Below are positions 11,621 through 23,290 of a DNA stretch of 64,000 nucleotides, one piece after another. How positions within the stretch are numbered: the first letter of the stretch is position 1; every line of letters starts with the position of its first letter. The notes below the pieces were generated by a model, which saw only the letters and a list, made by a program, of their open reading frames with translations, was not told the origin of the DNA and did not search any database. The stretch lies in assembly GCA_028534125.1 (NCBI GenBank), contig CM052816.1, forward strand, positions 15,006,001 to 15,070,000. The letters are read 5' to 3'. The DNA is from Lama glama (taxonomy: Eukaryota). Made by a program: the position numbers and the translations under genes.

Positions 11621-13239
11621 GGACTGAGGTGAGAAATGGAAGTGGTGCCCACTCTAGCAGATCAAACAACTTTCCACCGAGTCCCTAAAGACAATCAGGT
11701 AATGCACGTGAAGCCCTAAGCCTGACTCCAATGCAATGGAAGAGCTTACACATGGTCAACTACATACGCTGTAGCTCTTTGGGGGAGGGAGGCAAGGTGA
11801 CGATATTGCAAATTGAGTCCAAGTACCAGCAGATAGTACAGAAAGGGAGTGAGAAACTTTCTTCTCTCCCATCAGCCCCTGTGCTCCATGGTTTCCCTGG
11901 CAGAGCTGACACTATAGCTCACTGGACACAGGGCAATATTTTCTCTCTGAGACTGATTACTTTGATTCATCTAAGATAATCAAATCTGCAACTGAGCTCA
12001 ACCAGAATCTGCCTGTTTACTTTTCAAATACAGGTCCTGCCCCTGAGACACTGAGACAAAAGTGAGAAAAAATGTATTTAACAGCCCCTGAATCAGCGTC
12101 TAGGAGAACTGGGGTTCAACACCACTCCGCAGTCCTTCAGTTGCTCCCACAGAGCCCAAGATGGAATTTTCTTTCTGACCACAGCCAGGACTCTGCATGA
12201 GGCCTTTAGGACTGGCATCTGGAGATGCTGAGCTCAGAGATATTTTTATCTTGCAGAGTAAAGGGGCCTTAATGGCTGTGCCTATTGGCGGAGGAGCCCC
12301 TCTCGGCAGGATGGCTAAGAGTTAATGAGCTCCTTTTACATGTCATTGAGCTCCTCTGGCCTGCGCTGGGCGTCTTGGTTGGGTCTGACTCAGCCTCAAC
12401 TCCAAGAAGCCATCAGAGAACCATTCAGGTGCATCCTCCTTAAATTCCCTTTCTGTGGAGCAGAACAAGATCTGGTTTCTCCAGGGCCTCACGCAGCACC
12501 GTGCCCAGCCTGTTCCAGCTGATGTGAGCAAACATCTCTGGGGCTCATTCAGGTGAAATAATAGTTTAAGGAGCTGACAAACAACATTTACTGACCTTCT
12601 AATCTGAGTCCCTCTTGGCTAACAGCACTGAAACCCTTGGCCAGCTTTGCTTATAAAATGCTGTGAATCAAGGAGATATTCCCTTTTCTGTCCCTAACCC
12701 CAGCCCAGGGCCAGTCCCAGAAAATGGCCGGCCAATCAAGAAATGTTTCTTCTTTCAGTGCTGCCTCCCCTCCCCCCCTCCTGGGACCTCCAACAGATGC
12801 CCTCCCCTCTGCTCCCAGGGACCCAGCTCCTTGGCTGACAAAGACAAGACTGAGATGCAGTCATGACCCAGAAGAATGGATGGATCTATCAGAGCCGGAA
12901 GGAGGATTCTGACACACCTCCGGCAAGTGGTGGTTTGGACCAGCCCTTCCCTGACATTCAGGTTACAACCCAATGGGATTTGAAAGTTCAAGAGAATATG
13001 ATCATAATTATAGTAAATGGCTTTGCTTTTTTTAAAAAAAAATCGCTGATTTCTCCCCGATAGGTGGGAATACATTTAAAAATCAGAACAACATACATTT
13101 TTTTAACAAAGGCATGTAGATCTGCCTGCAGCTTTAAAAACTGCCCTCTGCGCATAGCTGACCACTTCACCTACTCCCACAACCCACTCCAGGCACCTCC
13201 CTTAGGCACTGCTCAGGGTCTTTTTGGCAACATTCCCAC

Positions 13240-13310
13240 TTTTTTTTTTAAATTTAAGGTCCTGGGGTTTGAACCCAGGACCCCGTGAATACTAAACACA
13301 CACTCTACCT
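13240..13310 (-). mobile_element. Partial tRNA-derived SINE (Vic-1-like)
   Basis: ctggggtttgaacccaggacc...cactctacc next to a T-rich tail. Similar to the copy at 33662-33733. Confidence 0.65.
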
Positions 13311-14149
13311 CTTCTTTCATGCTAAACTAACTCTGGCTGGAGTTTAGCCTCAATGAGTGGAAGTGATTGGGCTGAAGGCTCTGCCCATGCAGATGCCAGG
13401 GAAGGTCCTGAAGATTGTGAAGCAACGCCAGACTTGTAAACTCACCCCTGACCCCTGTTTGAATCCGCTCTGGACAATCCGCCAAGGCCAGGAGAGCTTT
13501 CTCTCGCATCGATTTCCCCTAATGGAACCACTCAGTGACTCTGACCAAGGATATTACTTTAAGAAAAGTTCTTACAGGATTAAGGCTGGAGAATGTTGGA
13601 GGGTGTTTAATTTTCTTTTCCTCTCTTCCTCTTGCTTTGTTCTTCTGAATTTGAGGGCTTGCTCCGGTTCTGTCAATAAATGGTGCGTAATCCTGGGCAG
13701 TTTACATAAATATCTCTGAGCCTCAGTTTCCTCCTGCATAAAATAGAGGTGACCACCTTCCTGTCTACATCAGGGTTATGAATTAGTTACCTATAACCTG
13801 CCTCCCTCTGTGCACAGCACGGGGCTAAGCAGATCTGCATGCAATACAGTTTTTACTCCTCACACGAACCACAGGAAGTAGACATTGCCAACACCCATGT
13901 CTGCTTCATCAATAAGTCGGTTTTATAAATGAAGAGATTGAGGACCAAGGGTCACACGGCTACTAACTGGTGGAGTCTGGGACTCAAATCTAGATAGTCT
14001 CACCCCAATTATGAGACCCACATCCTGAGTTGTACGTGAAGGCCTTTTGAAAGCCCTGAAGCATTATACAAGTGTAGCGATTGCTACGGCTATATCTGTT
14101 TAGTCACCACTTGGGAGACAGAGATGCAGGCAGGAGCCTCTAAGCGAAA

Positions 14150-14750
14150 ATCCGTATAAAGATGTGTGGAGGTAGGGGGAGGGGTGAGCATGCGGAGAGC
14201 GCTCAGCGCAGGAAAATCGCAGCCCAGCCTGCAGGTTTCGGCCCCTCCCCTTCGCTCCCCATTCATCCCTTTGTTACCATCTCTGGGATTCTGGTGCTGA
14301 GGTTAATAGAGAGCTTCCAGAAAACCCATCATTTTGATTAAAGCCGGGGACTGTCTTGCCAGGCAGCACTCTGGAGCCTGCCTACCGCCCACTCCGCAAG
14401 GTCGGAGCAGCCAGCAAAGGCTATTAAATGCTTACAGCCGTTTCCGGCCCCGCCGGACAGCTCCCCTGGACTGCTCGGTCTCCGGCGCGGGCGGCCGCCG
14501 CCGCTGCCGCTGGCTGCCCGGGGGAGGGTCAGGGCGCGCAAGGCTGTGCGGATCTGGGTCTGCAAGTGAACTTCCAGGCCTTCTGCGCAAGGACACGCAC
14601 CCCGCCCCCTGACTCCTTTCCCCACCGGGCCAGCCACTGCGATCTTTCAAGCAGTTCCGATGTCATTTGAACCTTCCGTGGCTTCAAGCAACCATTTCAT
14701 CTCTGTCTCTTTGTGTGTGTGTGTGTGTGTGTGCGCGCGCGCCTGACTTT
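14150..14750. promoter_or_regulatory. Small intronic CpG-rich patch, candidate enhancer
   Basis: Local CpG cluster (e.g. ggcgcgggcggccgccgccgctgccg) in an otherwise CpG-depleted intron, with no recognisable repeat. Confidence 0.55.
14712..14742. repeat. (TG)n(CG)n alternating purine-pyrimidine tract
   Basis: 31 bp of perfect alternation. Confidence 0.95.
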
Positions 14751-17700
14751 CGCTGTCCCTCTCTCTCTCCCCCAGAACTTGGCTGACAGAATTATACATG
14801 CTCAGACCAAAAGGCAAAAAGGATCTGCCATCAAACCTGCTGAAAGAGGATGTAAAACATCTCCAGTTCCCTCCCCACCCCCTTTCCCATCATCTGTGGG
14901 GTTGGTGGACTGCTTGGACAAGCCCCGCCTCCTCGCCCTCACTCAATCCTTTATGAATTGGGCAAAGTTAATCTGAGTAATTATAGCCCACAACACACAG
15001 GAGAACCGTGGTCTGAAACCCAAATCCTGTCGGGGTCAGGCTGAGGGGGAGAGAGCGAAAACCACCTGGGCCAGCATTAACAGCTTTTCCCACTGCCTCA
15101 AGTCCTTCAATTGACAGTGCAAAGAACTCTCCATGGAAACAAGGGAATGTAAAAATATACTCCCTGTTCTCTTTAAGACTCTAGGCTCTATCATCAGAAT
15201 ACTAGGTTTAAATCTGGCTACACCATGTAAATTATACGATATTTAGCAAGTTATTTCATTATCTCTGGGCCTCACATGTAAAGGAGTAATAACATCCACC
15301 TCATAGGGTTGTTATAGGATTAAATGTAATTATCCTTACAGAGCACATAACACAGTGACTAGCACAAAGTAAAAGCTCATTACATTTTACCTGTTAGTAA
15401 GATCAGAGCAACAGAAGAGTCACTCATTTAAGGAACATCAATCTATTGCCTATTATGAGTCTGGCACTTTATTATGCATTTTGCATATATATTTATAAGT
15501 AAATATATATATATATATTTAAAAGATTTCCATTTTATAGATAAGGCAACTGAAAGCTTAAATTATAGCAAGATTATTTGCCATGAATCAAACAGGGATT
15601 TGGTAATAAAGCTGAAAAATTATTCTTGCATTGATTCCTCAGCTCAATAATAGAATTTTTTTTTTTAACTTCTTGTGAAGCCTTGGGGATAGGGGAGAGC
15701 TGACTCACAGGCCTAGCATGCTGATCCCTAGAGTGGCTGGAAAGGATGGGGTGTGTGTGTGAGATCAGAGAGATCACAGGCTTGGTGATGGGGAACTAAC
15801 CTGATAATCACCCCCCAGAGGCTGCCGCTCCTGGGTGTTTCACCCACTTGGGGTGGGTTGAGTGATCTGGAAGAAGATTGTGTGGCTGTTTGGTGCCTCA
15901 GGCCACAGCTGGGCTAATTTTCAGTAATCTGGGAGCGGAAGGCATAAATACAGTGGCATATTTTTAAAAGCCACAGCTCTTGCTTTGTGCCCAAAATAAC
16001 TCTGCCATTTCTAGGTTAAGATTATAAAGACATCACGTGCTGTAAACCCAGATTCGAAAACTGGAATTGCTGGTCTCAAATCTTCCTAGCTCTCCACAGT
16101 CAGCTAAAAAAAAAAAAAAAAAACCCAAAGTAAAATAAAATAAAATAACACGTCTTCTTTCTGTGACCCCCTAACCTAAGCGGGCTCAGGCTGCATGGCT
16201 TTCTCTACCTTATTTTCTAGTCACTAAAGTCCCCCGGGGTCTTGGGAGGGCAATTTCCCCTTATAGCCTTTTTTTTTTTTTATAATGCTCCCTGCCTCTG
16301 CTGCTGTTATAACCTGGGAATGCTTAAAATGAAGGTCTGGGGGTCACACAGTTTTGAGCTGGAATCTCAGCCTTGGCACTTTGTTGTGTAACCCTGAGCA
16401 AGCCACTTGGCCTCTCAGTATTCTTTCACGTATAAAACAAAGATAACAAAGTCCATCTAATGGGACTGTAATCATTCAAAAGAGGGAGTGCTCGTAAATC
16501 ACCTAGAACAATACCTGGCATGCAGAAACTGCAATAGAGGATGGGCATTACTACTACAGAGTAGTCCTCTAAGGAATCTGACTCCTCTAACAACTGAATC
16601 CCGGATGCAGTACTTCCAGAAAATCTTTTCCAGGGGCCCTCCTCCTAGGGAAGTTTTCCAGCTTAGAAACCGTTGCTAGGTAGGGAGCCATTCTCCAGGG
16701 CCCTCTGAAACAGGCAGGAAGGAGGCAGCTTAGACACGGCGGACAGCACACTGGATCAGGGGGCAAAAGCCTTGGGTTCAAGTTGCAGCTCCACCATTCT
16801 GCTTTCCGCTGAGTTTCCTGCTACACTGTTTGGGTAACACTGACTTGTAGTTTCTTCATCTGTAAAATGGATACACTAGCTTCCTCCCAAAGACAATGTT
16901 ATCCACTCAACTGAATTTATTTATTATGTACAATGAATTAGACATGATGCTAGGAATTAGGGATAAGGCTCTGAAAAATATTCGGACAGGTACCTTACCC
17001 TCAAAGAGTTACAGTGTAGAAAAAGACAAGTAAATGAAGAAATACAATACTGTTTTAAGGAATAAACAAAGGTTGAGAAACTCTGACATAAAGATGGCAT
17101 TAAACTTTCTAGAGACAATGTGTACAGAGGTTAAGAGCACAGGCTCAGAAGTCAAAGAGCTTTGCTTCAGATCCTGGCCCCACCACTTACTAGATAGAGG
17201 TGTGGCCTTATTTAACCCTAGGTGTCTCAGTTTCCTAAGCATTAAAAAAATGGGTATAATAATAGACTCATCTGGCGTGGGCGTGGTCATACAGATGAAA
17301 GGAGTTCATTCATTAAATCGTTTTGACCTAGGTGCACAAAACATGGTTTAAGTGCTCAGTACAGGTTAACTGTTACTACTATTATTCACAAGTAAATCCT
17401 CTCCTCTCTCTGCTCCTGTATTCTCAATCCTGAGGGCTAAGTCCCTTGATGGGGGTGTCACTGAGTGCTGAGTGAAGCAACATATAGTCCTGATTAGAGG
17501 TAGGGGCCAGAGGGAAACATACAAGTGCAGTCAGCTCCAGATAAGACAGTGCCAGTTTGATACACTCATACCGTATAATCCACTAATCCTACTTTTGGAA
17601 ATGTACCCTATATAATAAGAAGAGTACAAAAGATATATGTAAGATATATGTATAAGAATATGCAGTGCATTGCTTAAAAAACATAGACACCGATAGGAAA

Positions 17701-17938
17701 GTGGCTAAAGAAGTTATAATACAGACACACAACACTGTTTGCCCTTATTCAGAAGAATGAGGCAGGTCTCTATGTGCTGACAGAAAGGTGTTTGTTAAAA
17801 AATAAAAGCAAACTATATACTAATGTGCATAAACTTATCCCCTTTTCCTTTTTGAAAGCCTACATATTTTTAATAAACCGAGAAAAAAAACATTCACACA
17901 TCAATTATGTAGTTAAAAATTAATCTGAAAAATGTTTG

Positions 17939-18150
17939 GAAGAGTGAGCCCAAGTGTAAACTGTGGACTCTGGGTGCAAATGATGCGTCTACACAGGTTC
18001 ATCCATTGTAACTGCTGCACAGCTCTGGTGCTGGGTGTCGCCAGTGGGGGTGGGTGTGGGGACAGGGGCATATGGGACCTCTCTGTCCTTCCCGCTCAAT
18101 TTTGCTATGAACCGAAAAGTGCTCTCAAAAAATAAAGCTTGTTAATTAAA
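17939..18150 (+). mobile_element. L1MC-type 3' end
   Basis: agagtgagcccaagtgtaaactgtggac...ttcccgctcaattttgctatgaaccgaaaagtgctctcaaaaaataaag. Confidence 0.75.
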
Positions 18151-18589
18151 AACTATATTTGGAAGATACACACAAAACTGTTAACAGCGGTTGCCTCACT
18201 GATGAGGAGTGGGATTGAAGGAAATTTGGATATTTTCACACAAACGGTGTTGTATTGTCTAATACGGCACCAACAATGTAACTGCGTATTATTTTATAAC
18301 GTAGTACTTTAAACTTCATAGCTGTAAAACATCTGGGGGAGACGCACTGAACTACTACTGGCAGTGGTGACTTCTGGGGAGCGTGACTAGAGACAGGGAG
18401 TGAGGTACCACTCATTTTATTTTAGTTTTTACAGATTTAATTTGTTATGATTTTTGTTCTTTTGTAATTAGAGAGAGAGAGAAATTAAAAAGAACTCCAG
18501 CCCAGCCATTACCTGCTTAATCAGCTGCAAATTCAAAAACTAGCTCAAAAACTATCCGTGACAGAATGTCCCTGCCCAGGAGAGCCTGG

Positions 18590-18760
18590 AGCCAGGAGCA
18601 GCTCCAGAATCTGCAGGGCCCACTGCAAAATGAAAATGGGGTGCCCCTTGTGGAAAAAAAACTGATTACAGACTTCAAGATGGCAAGAGCATAGCATTCA
18701 ACCAAAGAGGGCCCTTCTAAGTGCAGGGCCCCAGGAGCAGCCTGGCCTGGACCCCAGATC
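18590..18760. mobile_element. MER91-like hAT-Tip100 fragment
   Basis: gggcccactgcaaaatgaaaatgggg...gggcccttctaagtgcagggccc. Confidence 0.55.
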
Positions 18761-21700
18761 CCACTGCTGGGTTCGCCCTTCAGCACTGCAACCTGGCAGT
18801 GACTCTCCACAGAGGCTTCACACTGTCCCCCCTGAAACTGGGTGGGGCATCAATGCTTCACCCAAGAAAACGGCTCCTGGTTTTGATTAGGTTATCACAT
18901 GTCCCTTCTTTTCCTTTCCCCCTTACTTTGTTACAAACTGCGCTTCTTAAAAATCTGGCAGTAATCCCAGGCTCTATGCTGCTGTGTCACTTTGCAGCCT
19001 TGAGCAACCATTTCTAGACGAGCAGTGATATCTCTGCATCGAGGCTGTAAGATGGAGGTGCTGTCAGAACACAGGAGGGAGGGGGCAAGAGAAGGAGCGT
19101 CCACGGGAGAAGCCTCTAGCGTCTGCCACCATCGCCCGCTTGCTCTGTGCACTCCCAGACCATTCCACTTCATCCAGCAAAGACATGGTGAAGCCTCTTT
19201 ACTGCGTGCCAGGAACTGTGCTAATTGCCAGGAGAAAAAGGTAACACTTTTGAGCATTAACCATGCGCTCTGCGCTGTGCTAAGCGTTTTGCACAAATGG
19301 TCTCAGGCCATCCTTATGTCAGACTTCGGTCTTTCCTTTGTCACACGTTTGTAAATCTGAGGCACGGGGATGAAGCCGAGGCACTGTGCAAGGCCACGCT
19401 GCCCCCCTTACAAAGCTAACACAGGGCAGCATTTAAACAAACCTGCCCTTCACTCTCCACGTTGTCTTGGACACGATCAGACCAAGACCATCAGAATCAC
19501 CTATGAACATTTTCAAGGCCAGTCCTTTTTACAAAAATACTGCATTCACCTCCCTTTTGGTCCCACACTTCTAGGCACTTAGAGTTTCGCAGAGGAAAAC
19601 ACTAGGTTGATAGCTCGTGAGCTTGTCTCGACATATTACAGGATGATTTCTGAAGCTGCAGGAGAGCTAAGGGGGCTCAACAGAGGCTCCTTTCTTAAAA
19701 AACCAACCAACCAGCCAACCTTCTGGTGTCTCTCTACTGCCAGCAACTCAGAGTTCTAGTTCTTTAGCAGGGTTTTTAAAGCTCTACAAAATCCGAACCC
19801 AGGCTACCTTCTGATCTCATTTCTCAACGGTCCTCCACCTCACCTCACCCATCAAATGCACTTATTCTGTTCACCCAGGTGATGCACTTCTGGGGTTTTT
19901 TCTTTTTTTGTTTTTTGCTTGTATTGTTCCTTTTGTCTGGAACTGCTCCTCCCACCCCCATCCTATGTACCATCTGTCAATACCCAGTATTGAGTATCTC
20001 ATACCCTCTGACCTGGTCTCCTAAATCCCCGGTTCCATCTTCTGGGCTCCCATAACATCCAGTGTTCACAGCTGCTGAAGGAGAGTTTGGGCCCCGAAAA
20101 AACAATCTGGGAGGCCCTCTCAGGAAAGGTGAACCAGACGACTATATTTATACAGGGTTTTGGGGGATTACAACACAGACGCTGGGTCCCATTCTAGACT
20201 GACAGGCCCTCGTGGTTTGTCCCAGCTTCCTTCCCCTAACTGGACCTGCCTATACACAGCACTGTTATATCCTTATCGCATGACATTGTAATATTTCTAT
20301 ATTACATCTTTACATTTCTATTCCTCCCAACCCTCTGCTAGATTATGAGGACAGGACTGTGTTATATTTAATATTAAATTCGCCTCACCTAGAACAGAGA
20401 CTGGCCGTAAATCGGTGCTTAATAAACATTTGTTCACTGACTATATAGAAAGTTCCAACCAAATCCTATACTGAAGGCAAGTCAGGCAAAGTACCCTTGG
20501 ATCCTCAGACAGGATAATCTAATACTCCTTTATGTGTCTGTGTGAGAGAGACAGGGAGGGCAGGAGGGAGAGGAAGAGAATATGAATGAATGAATGGGTA
20601 TTTTAAAAGACAATGCTGTTAGTAGTGGCGGCTAATGGTGAAGTTCTAGGGACCCGCCTGCTTAGGTAGGTTTTGTGAGGATCTTTCTAATGCCTTTCAA
20701 ATCACAACCATTTAGAAGGCTAGTAGCCTGGAGGCAAGGTTGTGACCTTGAGTAAGAAAAAAACAAAGAAGCTAATATATCTCTAAATGTCTAGAATTAG
20801 AGAGAACACACTAAAGAGCTCATCCTCCCTACAGAAATTTCCCCAAGGCAAATATTTAGAATCAATTTATACTCGGGCCAACAAAGGGAAGTTGACATGA
20901 CACTGATCACTGATTAAACACAACCCCACTGGCTGCAGACTACAGGGACCACAGTCATATCGACATCTTGGTGACACTAGGAGCCTCCAGGGAATGCTGG
21001 CCTCCAGGGAGGCGCTTCCCTGGGCCTCATGGCTAATCACCGTCAGAGGCAAGAGGGTGATTTAGTCTCCAGACCTGGGATGCTCGAGGCTTTGGAAGTC
21101 CTCAGCCTGATAGGATCTCAAGGAGGTAGCTAGTGTGAGACTAGGTTTGTTATGCAAAATGCTCCTAAAAACAAAAAATCCTGAGGACATGTGTATGCAA
21201 AGAATTGGCTTATAACCTCCCAGACCCCTGCCCCTGACATAGGAGGCATTGCTGAGGAAAAGTAAGATGTAGGAATAGGGAATGAAGTACCCCACCCACC
21301 ACTGCCCACAACTCCCAACACACACATACACATCGATCAAGCTCTACACTTTCTTCTTCAGGAAAGTCCTAGATATACCTTTTGATCTGCTTTTCACCTG
21401 GACACAGATGCCAGACCCATATGGGACAGGCAATAGGCAGTGCCTGTCTCCTGGCATCACCCTGGCGTCAGTGACTTTCTGCTAGCTACCATGCCCTTTA
21501 ATTGATTCCTTCCAGATTAGCTTCTTTCCAAACAGTACCATCCTCTCCTGACTGCTCCCCTGACTCTTGGAAAAATACTCTCAAGCCTGGGACAAAACAG
21601 TATCTCTTACCCCTTAACATAATAATGTAGTGGGACTGGGAACCGCTTCCCTCCTCTCTCGGCATCTCCCTCTACAGAGGAGGGAACACCCACCAACCAT

Positions 21701-22313
21701 CCTTCCTTCCTTGGGGGCTGTGCTAGGAAGTGAGCTCTCACCTTTAGTTCCACTGCCTTACTTACTCTCCCCAGAAAAGAAAAGTTATTTGTCTGAATGG
21801 GGAGATTATCATGAGCCAGACTTTCAGTGGATCCTGCTTCCCAACTGGGCGAAGTGAGCATCAACAGTTACTGTTCTTTCGTGACACACCTCTCACTTAG
21901 CTCTCCTTCTCTGCTCTAGCTCAGCCTACGGTACCATCACACCAGGACAAGCTTCCCCTCCTCTTCAAGGGGGGGGCCTGCCAGTCTCGATTTTCTTCCC
22001 TTGCATTTGGGAGCTTGGAGGCCCCGTCACATTCTCCAGACCTTCTTTCCCAATAATAAGCCTGACTGTGAACTTTGATCCCTCAATTGGGCCTGTGCCT
22101 CTATTCTTAATTAGATAAAATTTGGAGGGAAAGGGGAGGGTGATGAAAATGTCTCCAGCAAACTTCTGACAATTAACAGCTTTCAAAAGACCCTTGAAGT
22201 CTAGTCCATACTGACTACACCCTCTTCATGGTCCTCATATGCATCTTATTTTACCTTCACCTCTGCTGAAATGTACACACACGCAGCCACCTCTGCCTGC
22301 GTGTGAAAGACCC

Positions 22314-23290
22314 TGAGGTAGGCAGAATAATGCTGCCCCAAAGATGCCCACATCCTAACCCCTGGGACCTGTGAATATCTTATGCTACATGGTGAAAAAG
22401 GACTTCGCAGATGTGATTAAAATAAGGATTTTAAGCTAGGGTGATTATCCTACTAATTATCCAGATGGGCCTGATGTGATTGCGAGGGTCCTTAAGAGGG
22501 AAGGAGGAAGGCAGGAGAGTCAGAGTCAGAGTGAGACTTACAAGTGCCAAGAAGCCAGAGGAAGGAGCCACTAAGCCCAGAAATGTAGGCAGCTTCTGAA
22601 AGCTGGAGAAGACAAGGAAACACATCGTCCCTTAGAGTCTCCAGAAGGAATGCAGCCCTGCTGACACCTTGGTGTTAGCCCAGGGAAACCCATTTTGGAC
22701 TTCTGGTTTCCAGAATGATAAGGTAATAAATTTGTATTGTTTGAAGTCACCTAGTTTGTGGTCCTCTGCTATGGCAGCTCTAGAAAGTAACACAGATCTT
22801 GGTATCCGGAAGTGGGGTGCTGCTGTTTACAAAGGACTGAAAATGTGAAAGTAGCTTTGGAATTGGGCAATGGGCAGAGACTGGAGAATTTTGAGGCTCA
22901 CAGGAGAAAGTACCTAGATTACCTGGAGAAGACTGTTGGTGGAAATACGGGTATCAGTGACTCTGCTAGAGAGACTCAGAAGTGAGGAGTATGGTAGAGA
23001 AAACACATATTGTCATAGGGAATACCTAAGCAATCCTGAACAGACTTTGGCTGAAATATGGACATAAAAGGTGCTGCCAGAGAGGGCTCAGGCGGAAGGG
23101 CGGAACAAGGCATCGGAAACTGAAGGAAAGTGGATCCTTGTTATATAGTGGCAGGAACCCATCTTGATTTTAGCCCAGGAACACCCATTCTGTCTTTCTG
23201 ACCTCCAGAACTGTAACATAATAAATGTGTGCTGTTTTGAGCCACAACGTTTGTGGGAACTTGTTACGGCAATAATGGGAAAGTAATTCA
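22314..23290 (+). mobile_element. MLT1D-like MaLR: full LTR, start of internal region, 3' part of second LTR
   Basis: tgaggtaggcagaataatg...aaagtaacaca (to ~22793), then MLT-int start gatcttggtatccggaagtggggtgctgct, then LTR 3' end ccagaactgt...aagtaattca. Flanked by gaccc / ggccc. Confidence 0.85.
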
